Below, piece by piece: positions 36,453-46,339 of a stretch of DNA of 64,000 nucleotides; within the stretch, counting starts at the first letter, position 1; each line of letters starts with the position of its first letter. This DNA comes from a virus: positions 1 to 64,000 of the IMG/VR virus record IMGVR_UViG_3300042564_004221. The stretch is one strand, 5' to 3'. The notes below the pieces were generated by a model. It was not told the origin of the DNA, ran no database searches, and saw only the letters and a list, made by a program, of their open reading frames with translations. Both the position numbers and the translations under genes were made by a program.

Positions 36453-38795
36453 TTATGAAGGAGTCATAGTTGGAGTTGGAGTTTTAGTTGGAGTTACGGT
36501 AGGAGTTGCAGTTTTGGTTGGTGTAATGCTTGGTGTCACGGTATTTGTAGGTGTAATACTTGGAGTAACTGTATTAGTAGGAGTAACAGTTGGAGTAACT
36601 GTATTAGTAGGAGTTGTGGTTGGCGTAGGAGTTGTGGTTGGGGTAGGTGTTGGTAATTCACAAGATAAACACATTATATCATAAACAATCGTTAATTCAA
36701 CAACAATTTCTTGCCCATTTAATGTTGTGTCTCCAGCTCTAGTACTAACTTTTATTTGATTACTTACTGAATCGAAGGACACTCCCCCAACACCAGGAAC
36801 TGTTAACAATAAATCTTTAACCGTATCATAATATAAGTTATCGCTTGGTGCCGATACTAATGATGTGGATGTAAAGAAATTTTGACTTGTAGTTAAATTC
36901 AACGGGTTAACCGAAACCTTAACGCCAAATACCGCAGAAAGTAAATCACAATTTACTTTATCAATTGTTAAATCATTAAACCCTTCATTTAACATTTGAA
37001 GTAATCCATATTTTGTTTGTGATTGAATTGTAAATTGTTCACCACCCATCACATAGGTTTGATATGACACATTAAGAGCACTACAATCTATAATTGTACT
37101 TCTTGTTAAAATACAACCATCGTCAGCAACAACAGTTAAACTGTATGTCCCTGCGGTCAATCCTGTAACTTGAATTTGTTGTGGATTATTAGGAACATTG
37201 TCTGACCAATAAAATTCAAATGGTGGTGTTCCTGTTGAAATTAATGCGGTTAACAACCCATCGGAACCTTCTCCACAAGAAGTATTATATAATGAAAAAT
37301 CTAATGGTTCACTTGTGTCAACATAAACTTGTGTCGTTTGAGTACATCCTGTGGCATCGGTAACTGTTATAGTGTGTTGTCCCCAAGATACATTTGTAAA
37401 TGTAACTGCAGATAATGAAGTGTCAAAAATATCTTGAGTGGCATCTAATGAATAATAGTAAGGAGGTTGTCCACCATCACTTTTTGTAACTATAATTGTA
37501 CCATTAGCTTGATTACAAGTTGTTCCTGTAACCTCAGTTGAAATTGTGTATGTATCTGTCGCAAATAAACTGATTTCTTCTATAAACGAACATCCTGAGG
37601 CATCTTGAATCGCAACGCTATAAGTTCCTGTTGATAAATTATTAAATAATTGAGACGATTGTGAAGTTGCTATGTTAGAAGTATTTCCATTAGGATATAT
37701 TAAGGTGTATAAATATGGTGAAGTTCCTCCCGCTAAAGACACTAAAATAGAACCGTCGCTACTTGAGCATGTTGAACCCTGACTTGAGATTACTACTGAC
37801 GCAACACCTAACGGAGTTAATAAAGTTACACTAGCATTTAAAGTACAAAAAGCACAATCCGTAACTAAAAAGTTATAATTACCTGAAGATAATCCACTAA
37901 TTGTCCAAGATGTCGATTCTTGTATCGTAAAATTTCCTGTAGAGGCAGAATAATAATAAGGTGCCGTTCCACCTGTAATTTGTATTGTTATTGAACCGTC
38001 CGCGGCAAAACAAGATGGTTGAACCACAGTAAAGACTCCAAGTCCAATTGGGGAAACATCTGTTACTGTCGCACCTTGACTAGCAACACAACCAAAATTA
38101 TCAGTAACTTGAACTGAATAATTTCCAGCGGTTAACCCTGTAATAAGTGGAGTTGTTTGTCCATTACTCCATAAATAAGTAAATGGCTGTGTTCCTGTAA
38201 CACCTGTTATTCCAATTCTTCCCACAGGTGTACCACCACAACTTGAATTTGGTACCACTTGAATACCAAAACTAAGTGGTGTTGAATCCTCGATTATAAA
38301 ATTTTGACTTTCTCCTGAACATCCTCCCAAATCTTCAGCAGTCATATAATATGTTCCCGCAGTTAAACTACCAAAAATAACATTTGATGTGTTTGTAACT
38401 GCTGATGTGATATAACTTCCATTACCCGAATATAAATAAAAGTTTGTTGAGGAATAATCTGAAGTAGATGTTCCTGTCACTATACCGTTATCTAAACCGC
38501 AAGTGGTACTTTGAACATTTAAAATACTAACACAAATACCTGAAGATATTGGTATGTTAACATAGAATTGTTGGTTTGTTGGTAAGGTACTATCATTAAC
38601 TAAAACACCATACGTCCCCGCACTTAAAGATGTTCTAACAGATGGTAATATTGTTACAACATCTGAACCTAAATTTGGTACTTGCCAATCAATAGTATAT
38701 GGTGGAGTTCCTCCATACGCTAATATGGATGCACTCCCCGCCGATAGTGATAAACAATCACCTGTTATTGATATGGTATAATTAAATGCTGACAT
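36453..38795 (-). CDS. SprB-repeat protein with C-terminal Pro/Thr tail
   Basis: About 7 repeats of C....G.I...GGT.PY.Y.W......GL.AG.Y...V.D..GC. Confidence 0.78.
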   Translation of the reverse strand: MSAFNYTISITGDCLSLSAGSASILAYGGTPPYTIDWQVPNLGSDVVTILPSVRTSLSAGTYGVLVNDSTLPTNQQFYVNIPISSGICVSILNVQSTTCGLDNGIVTGTSTSDYSSTNFYLYSGNGSYITSAVTNTSNVIFGSLTAGTYYMTAEDLGGCSGESQNFIIEDSTPLSFGIQVVPNSSCGGTPVGRIGITGVTGTQPFTYLWSNGQTTPLITGLTAGNYSVQVTDNFGCVASQGATVTDVSPIGLGVFTVVQPSCFAADGSITIQITGGTAPYYYSASTGNFTIQESTSWTISGLSSGNYNFLVTDCAFCTLNASVTLLTPLGVASVVISSQGSTCSSSDGSILVSLAGGTSPYLYTLIYPNGNTSNIATSQSSQLFNNLSTGTYSVAIQDASGCSFIEEISLFATDTYTISTEVTGTTCNQANGTIIVTKSDGGQPPYYYSLDATQDIFDTSLSAVTFTNVSWGQHTITVTDATGCTQTTQVYVDTSEPLDFSLYNTSCGEGSDGLLTALISTGTPPFEFYWSDNVPNNPQQIQVTGLTAGTYSLTVVADDGCILTRSTIIDCSALNVSYQTYVMGGEQFTIQSQTKYGLLQMLNEGFNDLTIDKVNCDLLSAVFGVKVSVNPLNLTTSQNFFTSTSLVSAPSDNLYYDTVKDLLLTVPGVGGVSFDSVSNQIKVSTRAGDTTLNGQEIVVELTIVYDIMCLSCELPTPTPTTTPTPTTTPTNTVTPTVTPTNTVTPSITPTNTVTPSITPTKTATPTVTPTKTPTPTMTPS

Positions 38796-41779
38796 TATTC
38801 GGTACAGTTGATACTAATATTTATTCCTACGTTTAACAAAACAGTATCCGCAACATTTTGAGTTAAACAAGCCAAGTTAGATATAGTTAATGTATTACCA
38901 TTTTGGAAATATGTATACCCATAATTATATAATTGTGGTAAATAATTTTCTAAAGCATCATTCCATTGATTACTAGTTGGAACATCACTCATACCATAAC
39001 CAGTATAAAATAACTGATTAATAATTTCTTCACCACCAATAGTCAAATTTACATACCAATCAGTTCCTACTGAATTTTGACTACATTGACTTAGAGTTAA
39101 ACCACTTTGAGCTAACATATTGTTAATTCTATTAACAAGAATACTACTAAAATTTGATACGGTTATATCACCATTAAACCAAGGATATATGTTAAAAACT
39201 GCGGACTCACTGTTACAGGTATAATCAAATATATTTGATATAATATAACACGATTCAACGGGAACAGGTACAAATTGACATCCTCTTTGTCTTCTATAAA
39301 CAAATTTTTGTTTGTGGAAGATTGAGTTTTCTAATCTGACACCACCATTCCAAATTGTCGTTGCAGGAATCATTTGTTCCACCAACTTGGTCCAATATGG
39401 TCCAATACCATTAACATAATCTATTAATTTTTGATAGGTGTATTTGTTGTTCGGTAATCCTACAGTTTGTTCTGATTCGATATACTTCCAAAAGATTGAT
39501 TGTAATGTTGGATATCCTCCAGTTTTACCATCACTAATGTATTGTCTATTTCTTGTATTAATCATGTTTTCCCAAAACGTTTGAGAAAATTCAAAGAAAG
39601 TTTTTTTCTTTGGTTCAGGATTAATGTATGTCCAATCAACTCCACCAGGAACAGGATAACCGACAGTTAAACCTGATTCAGGAATTGGGTAATCGTATTG
39701 TCTTGATTGTTCCCAAACGTCATAAACAAGTCCTTGGGCGGGATTTAAAAATAAATCAATATTCTTAACGTTTAAAACTAGTTTTTCATTATCAACAAAA
39801 TAATAAGCATTGTAATCTCCTTGAGTTGAAACTCTAAGTTTGTCATCAGTTGATAACCAAGATTTATTATTATCAACTACTTTTTGTAGTTTAAATCCTT
39901 CATTCATATACGGAAAATCTCTATATCTGTTAAGATAAGTTTGACCATATGTAAAAGGAGTTAATTGAGTTTGGATATCATAATTTTGTCCTGTATAAAC
40001 ATTACCTGTTAATTGTACCTCATCAGGACTTCTATGTTGTGGTGTTGTTTCATACCAACCCGCACCTATTTGGAAGAAGTATGTTTCAGTATTTACAGGT
40101 GCCTTAGGGTAACCTTCAGCGTCCATCGGATAATCTTCTAATCTAATACTAACATCTTGATAAGTCGCGGTTGATGTAAACGCGCTATATATTCGTCCCT
40201 TAATTTTATATGTATCACCAGGTAAATAACTTGGAACTCTATCCTCATAAGTACCTCCTGATATTTGAGCCCATTGGGTATAGAATTGGTCAAGGTTAAT
40301 TTTTTGGTCTGCCAAGTAAATGTGTTCATTATATTCAATTAATGAATCAGGTGCCCCGATTAATCTTAATAAGAACTCAATGGACCTTCTTGTTCCTTTT
40401 GATTTAAAAAGATAAGAAGCATTAAGAATTAAGTTTCTATAGTAAGCATAATTTAATTCTGTTGGTGTAAGAGCCCTTGCATATCCAGGATATGTAGGAG
40501 TTGATGTATTACCAAAAACAGAACTTAAGAAATCTTCATTGGTTATTGGTGAAAAGTTTGACGACCATCCTAAAGTCCTTGCCAAGTTAACCAACAATTC
40601 AGATGGTATATCATTTGAAGGGTTATAGTTAACCGAATTCATATACGCCAATCCATCAATAAATTGTTTTATTTGGTCAAAACTTCTACCATAGATTTGG
40701 AATATTTTTTCAACTTTTTGACCCAAAGTATCAAACTCTTTCAACGAATCTGTTACTAAAAATCTTGAAATTAAATTTGTTTTAAACGAATCTAAATTAA
40801 CTGAAATTTCTTGAATTTGTTCCAAATAAGCATCAAACAAAAATGAACTAATATCTAAATTCCAAGGACCTTGTTTTGGCCAAGTAACTCGTTTATATTC
40901 GGTATATGTTTGACCATATTCATTTTGTTGTGGAACTTGAAATATTGCAGTATATTCGGGTCTAACTAATCTATTAAGTAAAAATTGCTCAATTTCGTCA
41001 AACGATTCTTGGAATATCTTATCAACAATAAAGTCATTTGGTCTGATTTGATAATCGTCATTAATTGTTGTTGCAGTTGTACCAAATGGTGCTCCTGAAA
41101 CATAAAATTGAACATAACCTGAAGATAAAGTATTTGAAGGTGAAAAAGAAACTACCTTAAAAATATCATCATTAATACTAACACAATAATCTAAGTATGT
41201 GTTGTATAAATTTCTATATGGTGATACGGTGATTTCTCTAATTGACAAGTTAGTTGCCGCACTAATTGAATAATCAATATCAAACGGATTATTTATCCTA
41301 TCAACATTTACTTTAAAGTAAGTTTCGTCATTTTGAGCGTCGTATACTATGTCGTATGCGGTATTACCTGTTACATAATCATCATTATTAAACACAACAT
41401 CTAAGGATGCTGGAAAATAATTAACAATTTTAGTGATGGACACGCTAAATCTTTTAGAAAGAGAGCCATACATTGAAAAGTTAAGGACCTGAGAAATATC
41501 ATAGTTAGGGTAAACCCTAAATTGGGTGGCAAGAATTCTTCTACTCTCAATCAAATCATCAATACCCATCATTTCTAATGACATTGGTTCAGAGAACGCA
41601 CCAACATTAAAAGTTCTGTTTACCTTTTCTGTTACACCAGTTGTAAATTCAAAATTACCTTGCGTAAGTCCTCCACCCTCAACAGTTTGTAATCCTACAA
41701 TATTGTCAGAGAAGGTACCCGCACCATTACCTGGTCTTGGAGGGTAAAAGTATTTAGTATTTTTGGTTTCTACCGCCAT
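38795..41779 (-). CDS. Baseplate wedge / tail protein I-like structural protein
   Basis: IPSELL..LARTLGW and YLFKSKGTRRSIEFLLRLIG resemble the P2 gpI/T4 gp7-like signature; located in the baseplate operon. Confidence 0.6.
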   Translation of the reverse strand: MAVETKNTKYFYPPRPGNGAGTFSDNIVGLQTVEGGGLTQGNFEFTTGVTEKVNRTFNVGAFSEPMSLEMMGIDDLIESRRILATQFRVYPNYDISQVLNFSMYGSLSKRFSVSITKIVNYFPASLDVVFNNDDYVTGNTAYDIVYDAQNDETYFKVNVDRINNPFDIDYSISAATNLSIREITVSPYRNLYNTYLDYCVSINDDIFKVVSFSPSNTLSSGYVQFYVSGAPFGTTATTINDDYQIRPNDFIVDKIFQESFDEIEQFLLNRLVRPEYTAIFQVPQQNEYGQTYTEYKRVTWPKQGPWNLDISSFLFDAYLEQIQEISVNLDSFKTNLISRFLVTDSLKEFDTLGQKVEKIFQIYGRSFDQIKQFIDGLAYMNSVNYNPSNDIPSELLVNLARTLGWSSNFSPITNEDFLSSVFGNTSTPTYPGYARALTPTELNYAYYRNLILNASYLFKSKGTRRSIEFLLRLIGAPDSLIEYNEHIYLADQKINLDQFYTQWAQISGGTYEDRVPSYLPGDTYKIKGRIYSAFTSTATYQDVSIRLEDYPMDAEGYPKAPVNTETYFFQIGAGWYETTPQHRSPDEVQLTGNVYTGQNYDIQTQLTPFTYGQTYLNRYRDFPYMNEGFKLQKVVDNNKSWLSTDDKLRVSTQGDYNAYYFVDNEKLVLNVKNIDLFLNPAQGLVYDVWEQSRQYDYPIPESGLTVGYPVPGGVDWTYINPEPKKKTFFEFSQTFWENMINTRNRQYISDGKTGGYPTLQSIFWKYIESEQTVGLPNNKYTYQKLIDYVNGIGPYWTKLVEQMIPATTIWNGGVRLENSIFHKQKFVYRRQRGCQFVPVPVESCYIISNIFDYTCNSESAVFNIYPWFNGDITVSNFSSILVNRINNMLAQSGLTLSQCSQNSVGTDWYVNLTIGGEEIINQLFYTGYGMSDVPTSNQWNDALENYLPQLYNYGYTYFQNGNTLTISNLACLTQNVADTVLLNVGINISINCTE

Positions 41780-42687
41780 TAGGTTGTTATTGTTGTAAAG
41801 TTTTTACTAAAATCAATGTTATTTCCTCTACTTTGTCTAACCTCATATAATAGAGCATTAAATTGGTCTCTGATTTCATATAGGTTGTATTGTCTATAGA
41901 TGTTATTTTGAGTATCGTAAATTGTATAGATACCGTCATCAATAGATTTTGTTTGATTACCATAAAGAGCAATTGCAAGAGATGATACATCATATTCAAC
42001 CATTTCTATTTCTAAAGTAACAGGATTAAAAAACGTATTACTGATTATAATATTTTGATTTGGTTGACCAATAAATGGAGTCGCATTTGGCTTATTTGTT
42101 GGTGAAGACGAAGGTGATAAAGTTAAGAATATTAAATTTGAATTACCGTCAACATATCTATATCTTATTGATTTTTGAGTTGTGTTTACTTCATTACTTA
42201 CAACAGGTTCACAAAAGAAAGACGATGTAACTACCCTAAAAAAGTTAGGTATTTTTGACCCATCAGGATTTAAATACTCAATTCTAAAACCAACTAATCC
42301 TTGAGGGACAAATTTATTTTGAAATTGTACTGGTACATTAGTTATATCAATTATAATACCTTTAACATTTGGTAATGCACTTAACACACCGCAATCAGTA
42401 ATTTTGGTTCTGATTTGAGCGGGTCTCAAATATAAAGTATAGATACCAAGAGCGTTGAACTGTTGTGCAGGTAGTGTTAAATTATATAATCCACCAATAA
42501 TCTCAACGTTCGCATTTCCACCTGTCTCAGTGTTATTGAAATAAGGTTTTAATATTGTTTGTGCGTCAAGTTCTGTTAGAATAAAGTTATCCGTAACATC
42601 TCTTGATGCTGTGTAGTTCATTATTATCTGAACATCTTCAGGACTAACGTCCGAAGGTCTTATTGTTCCATATGAGCCGATTGCCAT
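41779..42687 (-). CDS. Putative virion structural protein
   Basis: 302-aa beta-rich ORF with upstream TATTTATA, coupled to the downstream gene. Confidence 0.6.
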   Translation of the reverse strand: MAIGSYGTIRPSDVSPEDVQIIMNYTASRDVTDNFILTELDAQTILKPYFNNTETGGNANVEIIGGLYNLTLPAQQFNALGIYTLYLRPAQIRTKITDCGVLSALPNVKGIIIDITNVPVQFQNKFVPQGLVGFRIEYLNPDGSKIPNFFRVVTSSFFCEPVVSNEVNTTQKSIRYRYVDGNSNLIFLTLSPSSSPTNKPNATPFIGQPNQNIIISNTFFNPVTLEIEMVEYDVSSLAIALYGNQTKSIDDGIYTIYDTQNNIYRQYNLYEIRDQFNALLYEVRQSRGNNIDFSKNFTTITT

Positions 42688-42699
42688 TTGTTTTTATTT

Positions 42700-42707
42700 T
42701 ATAAATA
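42700..42707 (-). promoter_or_regulatory. Putative phage late-promoter motif TATTTATA
   Basis: 12 nt upstream of the ATG at 42687. Confidence 0.55.
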
Positions 42708-42709
42708 GT

Positions 42710-43819
42710 TTAGTTCTTTTTTTCAACGTTAAAAAATCCATATCCGTAATTAATCATATCACCAAGATTATCAACTTCACCCAATCTTTGTATTCTTTCG
42801 TAGGCTGAGTTTTTACCTCTCTCAACATAAATGTTCGTTTGTACTTGTGCCTGGTCAATAACTTTAAGTAATGCTTCATCTTTTGTGATTGGCGTTTGAG
42901 TTAAATTATTTTGAGTAAATCCTGAAGATTGTTCAAAAAATAAAGTTATTCCTGTTATATAATCATAATAATTTACGTCATTAATTGTATATGCCGTGAA
43001 AATTGGATTCATGTCAGTAATCGCTCCCCATATTCTTCCGTTTTTAATTACAGGTACTCCTACCACATATTTTACAGAACCATACAACGCCAAATCAGTG
43101 ACACTTGATTTTGTTATTCCTGATATAGTATAAGGTACCGTAACATAATTAAAAGATGTTTGAGCGGAAACTTCATTAACCGCATCACCTGAGAATATAT
43201 AGTCGTAACTTACGGGTGTTTTAACCCAATTACCTCCCGAAGGAATAAAAAATGCTTCGCCATTAGGGTTGTTTATAACAACATTCGAATAAGGTGTTGT
43301 AATCGTCTTTGTAACTCTTGTAACACCCCAAGGATTTGTTTGCTCTAACGAAATATTATAAGTTCTGTTTGCAACAGGATATGTATGACTTAATGAATTT
43401 GGTACGTAAGTAGTAATTGTTTGTTTTGGAGAACCATCACCCCAATCCACTTTATATGCTGACAAATCAAGGAATTTTTGAAATTCACTCGATGTGTTAT
43501 AAATGTTATAAGTATATGGGTTTGATGTGGTCGATGAAAATATGAAATTAGCAACAACATCCTTCTGTAATACTGCACCATCAAATGGACTATAGTATCC
43601 AACATCAATTGCGGTTTGTCTGATTAATATTGGAATGGTTAAACCTGTTAACAATGAGGTTCCGTTAGGACCTGATGTCACTACCTCAGTCATCGCAGAG
43701 TAAACCCCTACCGTTTGTCCTGAATAAGTCGAACTAACATCTTGTCCTTGTAAATTAACCGTAAAGATATCCCCTTTAATTGTTTGGGGTGATATTATAA
43801 TATTATAAAAATCTTCCAT
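42710..43819 (-). CDS. Putative structural protein with a PKD-like domain
   Basis: YKVDWGDGS....SHTY motif. Confidence 0.6.
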   Translation of the reverse strand: MEDFYNIIISPQTIKGDIFTVNLQGQDVSSTYSGQTVGVYSAMTEVVTSGPNGTSLLTGLTIPILIRQTAIDVGYYSPFDGAVLQKDVVANFIFSSTTSNPYTYNIYNTSSEFQKFLDLSAYKVDWGDGSPKQTITTYVPNSLSHTYPVANRTYNISLEQTNPWGVTRVTKTITTPYSNVVINNPNGEAFFIPSGGNWVKTPVSYDYIFSGDAVNEVSAQTSFNYVTVPYTISGITKSSVTDLALYGSVKYVVGVPVIKNGRIWGAITDMNPIFTAYTINDVNYYDYITGITLFFEQSSGFTQNNLTQTPITKDEALLKVIDQAQVQTNIYVERGKNSAYERIQRLGEVDNLGDMINYGYGFFNVEKKN

Positions 43820-44667
43820 TATTTTGGATTAACGTATTCATACCATTTTATGGGTACCGTTACCCCAGCCCTTTGATTAAGACCATTTTGACTATAAGCA
43901 TTCTGATACGGGTTCATATTAAACACTTGGTAGTTGTGTTTCTCGTAATCCAACTTAACTCTATAATAGAAACATTTTGTATTATCAAAAGTGTATTTAT
44001 CTCCTATTAATGACGATTGTGGTATATTCATCATTTTAACAAAATAACCTTTTTTAGCATCATAGAATTTAGCCGCCATAAAGAATGTGTCAATGTCCAA
44101 GAAATTTCTTTTCTTTAACCAATAAACAAAGAATCCTTCTTTATCCCCAACATAATCCAATACAAAATAAGGTTTTTTAATCTTAACAGGTGTTCGTTGC
44201 ATTAACGCGTCCATTGTTAAACCCTGTTGTGTCGGGATTATAATTGTTATGTAGTTTTTTTGTCTTTTTTCGTCCACATTGTCGTAGAAATCCAATTTGA
44301 AAAATGAATTAGAAAAGTTGTTTGTGTAATAATAAATCTCATCAGTTGTGAAACCTTCCATTTGATAGTTACACCCCCAACTTGTTGATGCACTTAAAGA
44401 ACCTCCCGAATAAAAATTAAATTCATATTGGATGTCTGTAATTTCATCATATTGATGTGTTGCAGTATTAAAGAATGTATATGGAGCATTTGGAAATCTA
44501 TCAACTTCAAAATCTCCACCAATTCCAACAACTTGTTCTATGATGTTTGCCTCATATTCTTCAATACTTTGGTCCAATCCCAAGTAATCCCAAGTTAATT
44601 GTACGGGTATTGTTATTTCTCTGTCAACAAACCCTTCTTGTCTTATTTGTATCTTATTCACATCCAT
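43819..44667 (-). CDS. Hypothetical protein (structural module)
   Basis: 282-aa ORF overlapping both neighbours in the operon. Confidence 0.65.
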   Translation of the reverse strand: MDVNKIQIRQEGFVDREITIPVQLTWDYLGLDQSIEEYEANIIEQVVGIGGDFEVDRFPNAPYTFFNTATHQYDEITDIQYEFNFYSGGSLSASTSWGCNYQMEGFTTDEIYYYTNNFSNSFFKLDFYDNVDEKRQKNYITIIIPTQQGLTMDALMQRTPVKIKKPYFVLDYVGDKEGFFVYWLKKRNFLDIDTFFMAAKFYDAKKGYFVKMMNIPQSSLIGDKYTFDNTKCFYYRVKLDYEKHNYQVFNMNPYQNAYSQNGLNQRAGVTVPIKWYEYVNPK

Positions 44668-46339
44668 CTATTAAAGGTTTTACAGGGTAACTAACTCCAA
44701 GTAATGCAGAGTTATAGTTTATTCCTTCAGGGATTAATCTAAATTGAACTTCCTTAAATGGGTATTGAGCCCTATTAAGAAATGGATAATCTACACCCCT
44801 GTCCAAATTATCAATAAACCCATAACTGTATATATCTCTCCATCTGAATTGTTGGTCAGAATTTGAGAAATAAGAGTAAGCAGGTACATTATCCACAAAT
44901 TGAATATCTCCTGTCTCAATGTAGTCAGAGAATACTCTAACTGTCATTGATGTGTGGGGCTCATAATAAAAACCAGGTGCGTTCGTATCTGAAGTTGAAG
45001 TTGTTTGGAAAATATCTTGATTATATTTTATCTTTTGATAATAAGGTGCCACAACTCTTTCTGTTTGGTCGTAGTCATTCCACTCACAAAAATCACCGTC
45101 AATAGTATCACCCGACATTAGATTTTGGTTATAATAAAATGTTTTGGAAGACAATGTATATGCCGATGTTTTGATATTTGTATTTGATTTTAAATTAGTA
45201 CCATCCCACCAATAATTTGCAGTACTAGTTAAATTAAACTCCCAACCTTGTTTTAACCCAATACCATTGTTTGGTTTGTTGAAGTATCCTGTATAACCCT
45301 TATTGATTATGGTTAAAAACAATTCGCTAACAGGTCTTTTTTGGTTATCAATTACATCATTAAGATTTAAATCATAATTCACCGTAATGTTATAAGAATT
45401 ACTACTTGTTTTTTGAGAAACTCTTGAAACTCTGTTGGGTGTAATTGAACTAAATTCAAATTGTCTTTCTTCAGGAAATACATTTTTTTCAAACGCATTT
45501 TTTGTCATAATACAATCTTCAAGATTTGTTATAATCTTATGTTCTCTGACGTAGTATTTTGACGTAGTTTCTAAAATATTATCAGGATTGGTAACTCTTT
45601 TGAAAGTACCTGTCACATTATTTGCAAAAGTTGCCCCAGAATAACCAACATTAAAAAGGTTAAAAATATAGACATCACTACCAAAATTATCATTACCTAA
45701 TGAATAAACTTGGAATAACTTAATATTGTTATAATTAATCGACAATTCGACATATTCTCCCACAGATAAACCGTGTGGTGATATACATTGGAAACTTATA
45801 ACATTGTTTCCGTTTTGAACATTATTTTTAATGTAAAATGGAATTCCTTGATTTGCATACCAAGTTAAACTTGTACCATTTAATGTATATGATAATTGTT
45901 TATCGTAATTGTTTTTATGAGGATAACTAACGTAATAAGTCCAATTGTATGTGTAAGCGCTTTTGGCTCGATAAGTAATGTGTTGGTCACTTACATCGGG
46001 TCTATAAAAATCAAATTCATAGTATTGTGGAAACCCTTTCCATATCTTATTATCCATTGACGCTATTTGGTCTGCATAATATAACGTGTTTACAAATGGA
46101 GTATAATTAGTAGTTCCAGTATAGGTATTGGCATAAAAATAATTAACCTTAAATGTTGGTCTAAAAATGTTGTTTAACTGTCTTTCATCATCGTAGATTT
46201 GAGCTAAACTAATACTTTGACTTCTATCATATTCGGTAATTTGTTGACTTTGTTGTTCTAAAGACAATGAAATTTCTTGGTCAACCGCTGGTGCTGACTT
46301 ATACTCTAAACCACTTGGTATAATTGTATATTTATTCAC
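44654..46339 (-). CDS. Hypothetical protein (structural module)
   Basis: 561-aa Y/N/T-rich ORF overlapping both neighbours. Confidence 0.65.
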   Translation of the reverse strand: MNKYTIIPSGLEYKSAPAVDQEISLSLEQQSQQITEYDRSQSISLAQIYDDERQLNNIFRPTFKVNYFYANTYTGTTNYTPFVNTLYYADQIASMDNKIWKGFPQYYEFDFYRPDVSDQHITYRAKSAYTYNWTYYVSYPHKNNYDKQLSYTLNGTSLTWYANQGIPFYIKNNVQNGNNVISFQCISPHGLSVGEYVELSINYNNIKLFQVYSLGNDNFGSDVYIFNLFNVGYSGATFANNVTGTFKRVTNPDNILETTSKYYVREHKIITNLEDCIMTKNAFEKNVFPEERQFEFSSITPNRVSRVSQKTSSNSYNITVNYDLNLNDVIDNQKRPVSELFLTIINKGYTGYFNKPNNGIGLKQGWEFNLTSTANYWWDGTNLKSNTNIKTSAYTLSSKTFYYNQNLMSGDTIDGDFCEWNDYDQTERVVAPYYQKIKYNQDIFQTTSTSDTNAPGFYYEPHTSMTVRVFSDYIETGDIQFVDNVPAYSYFSNSDQQFRWRDIYSYGFIDNLDRGVDYPFLNRAQYPFKEVQFRLIPEGINYNSALLGVSYPVKPLIDGCE

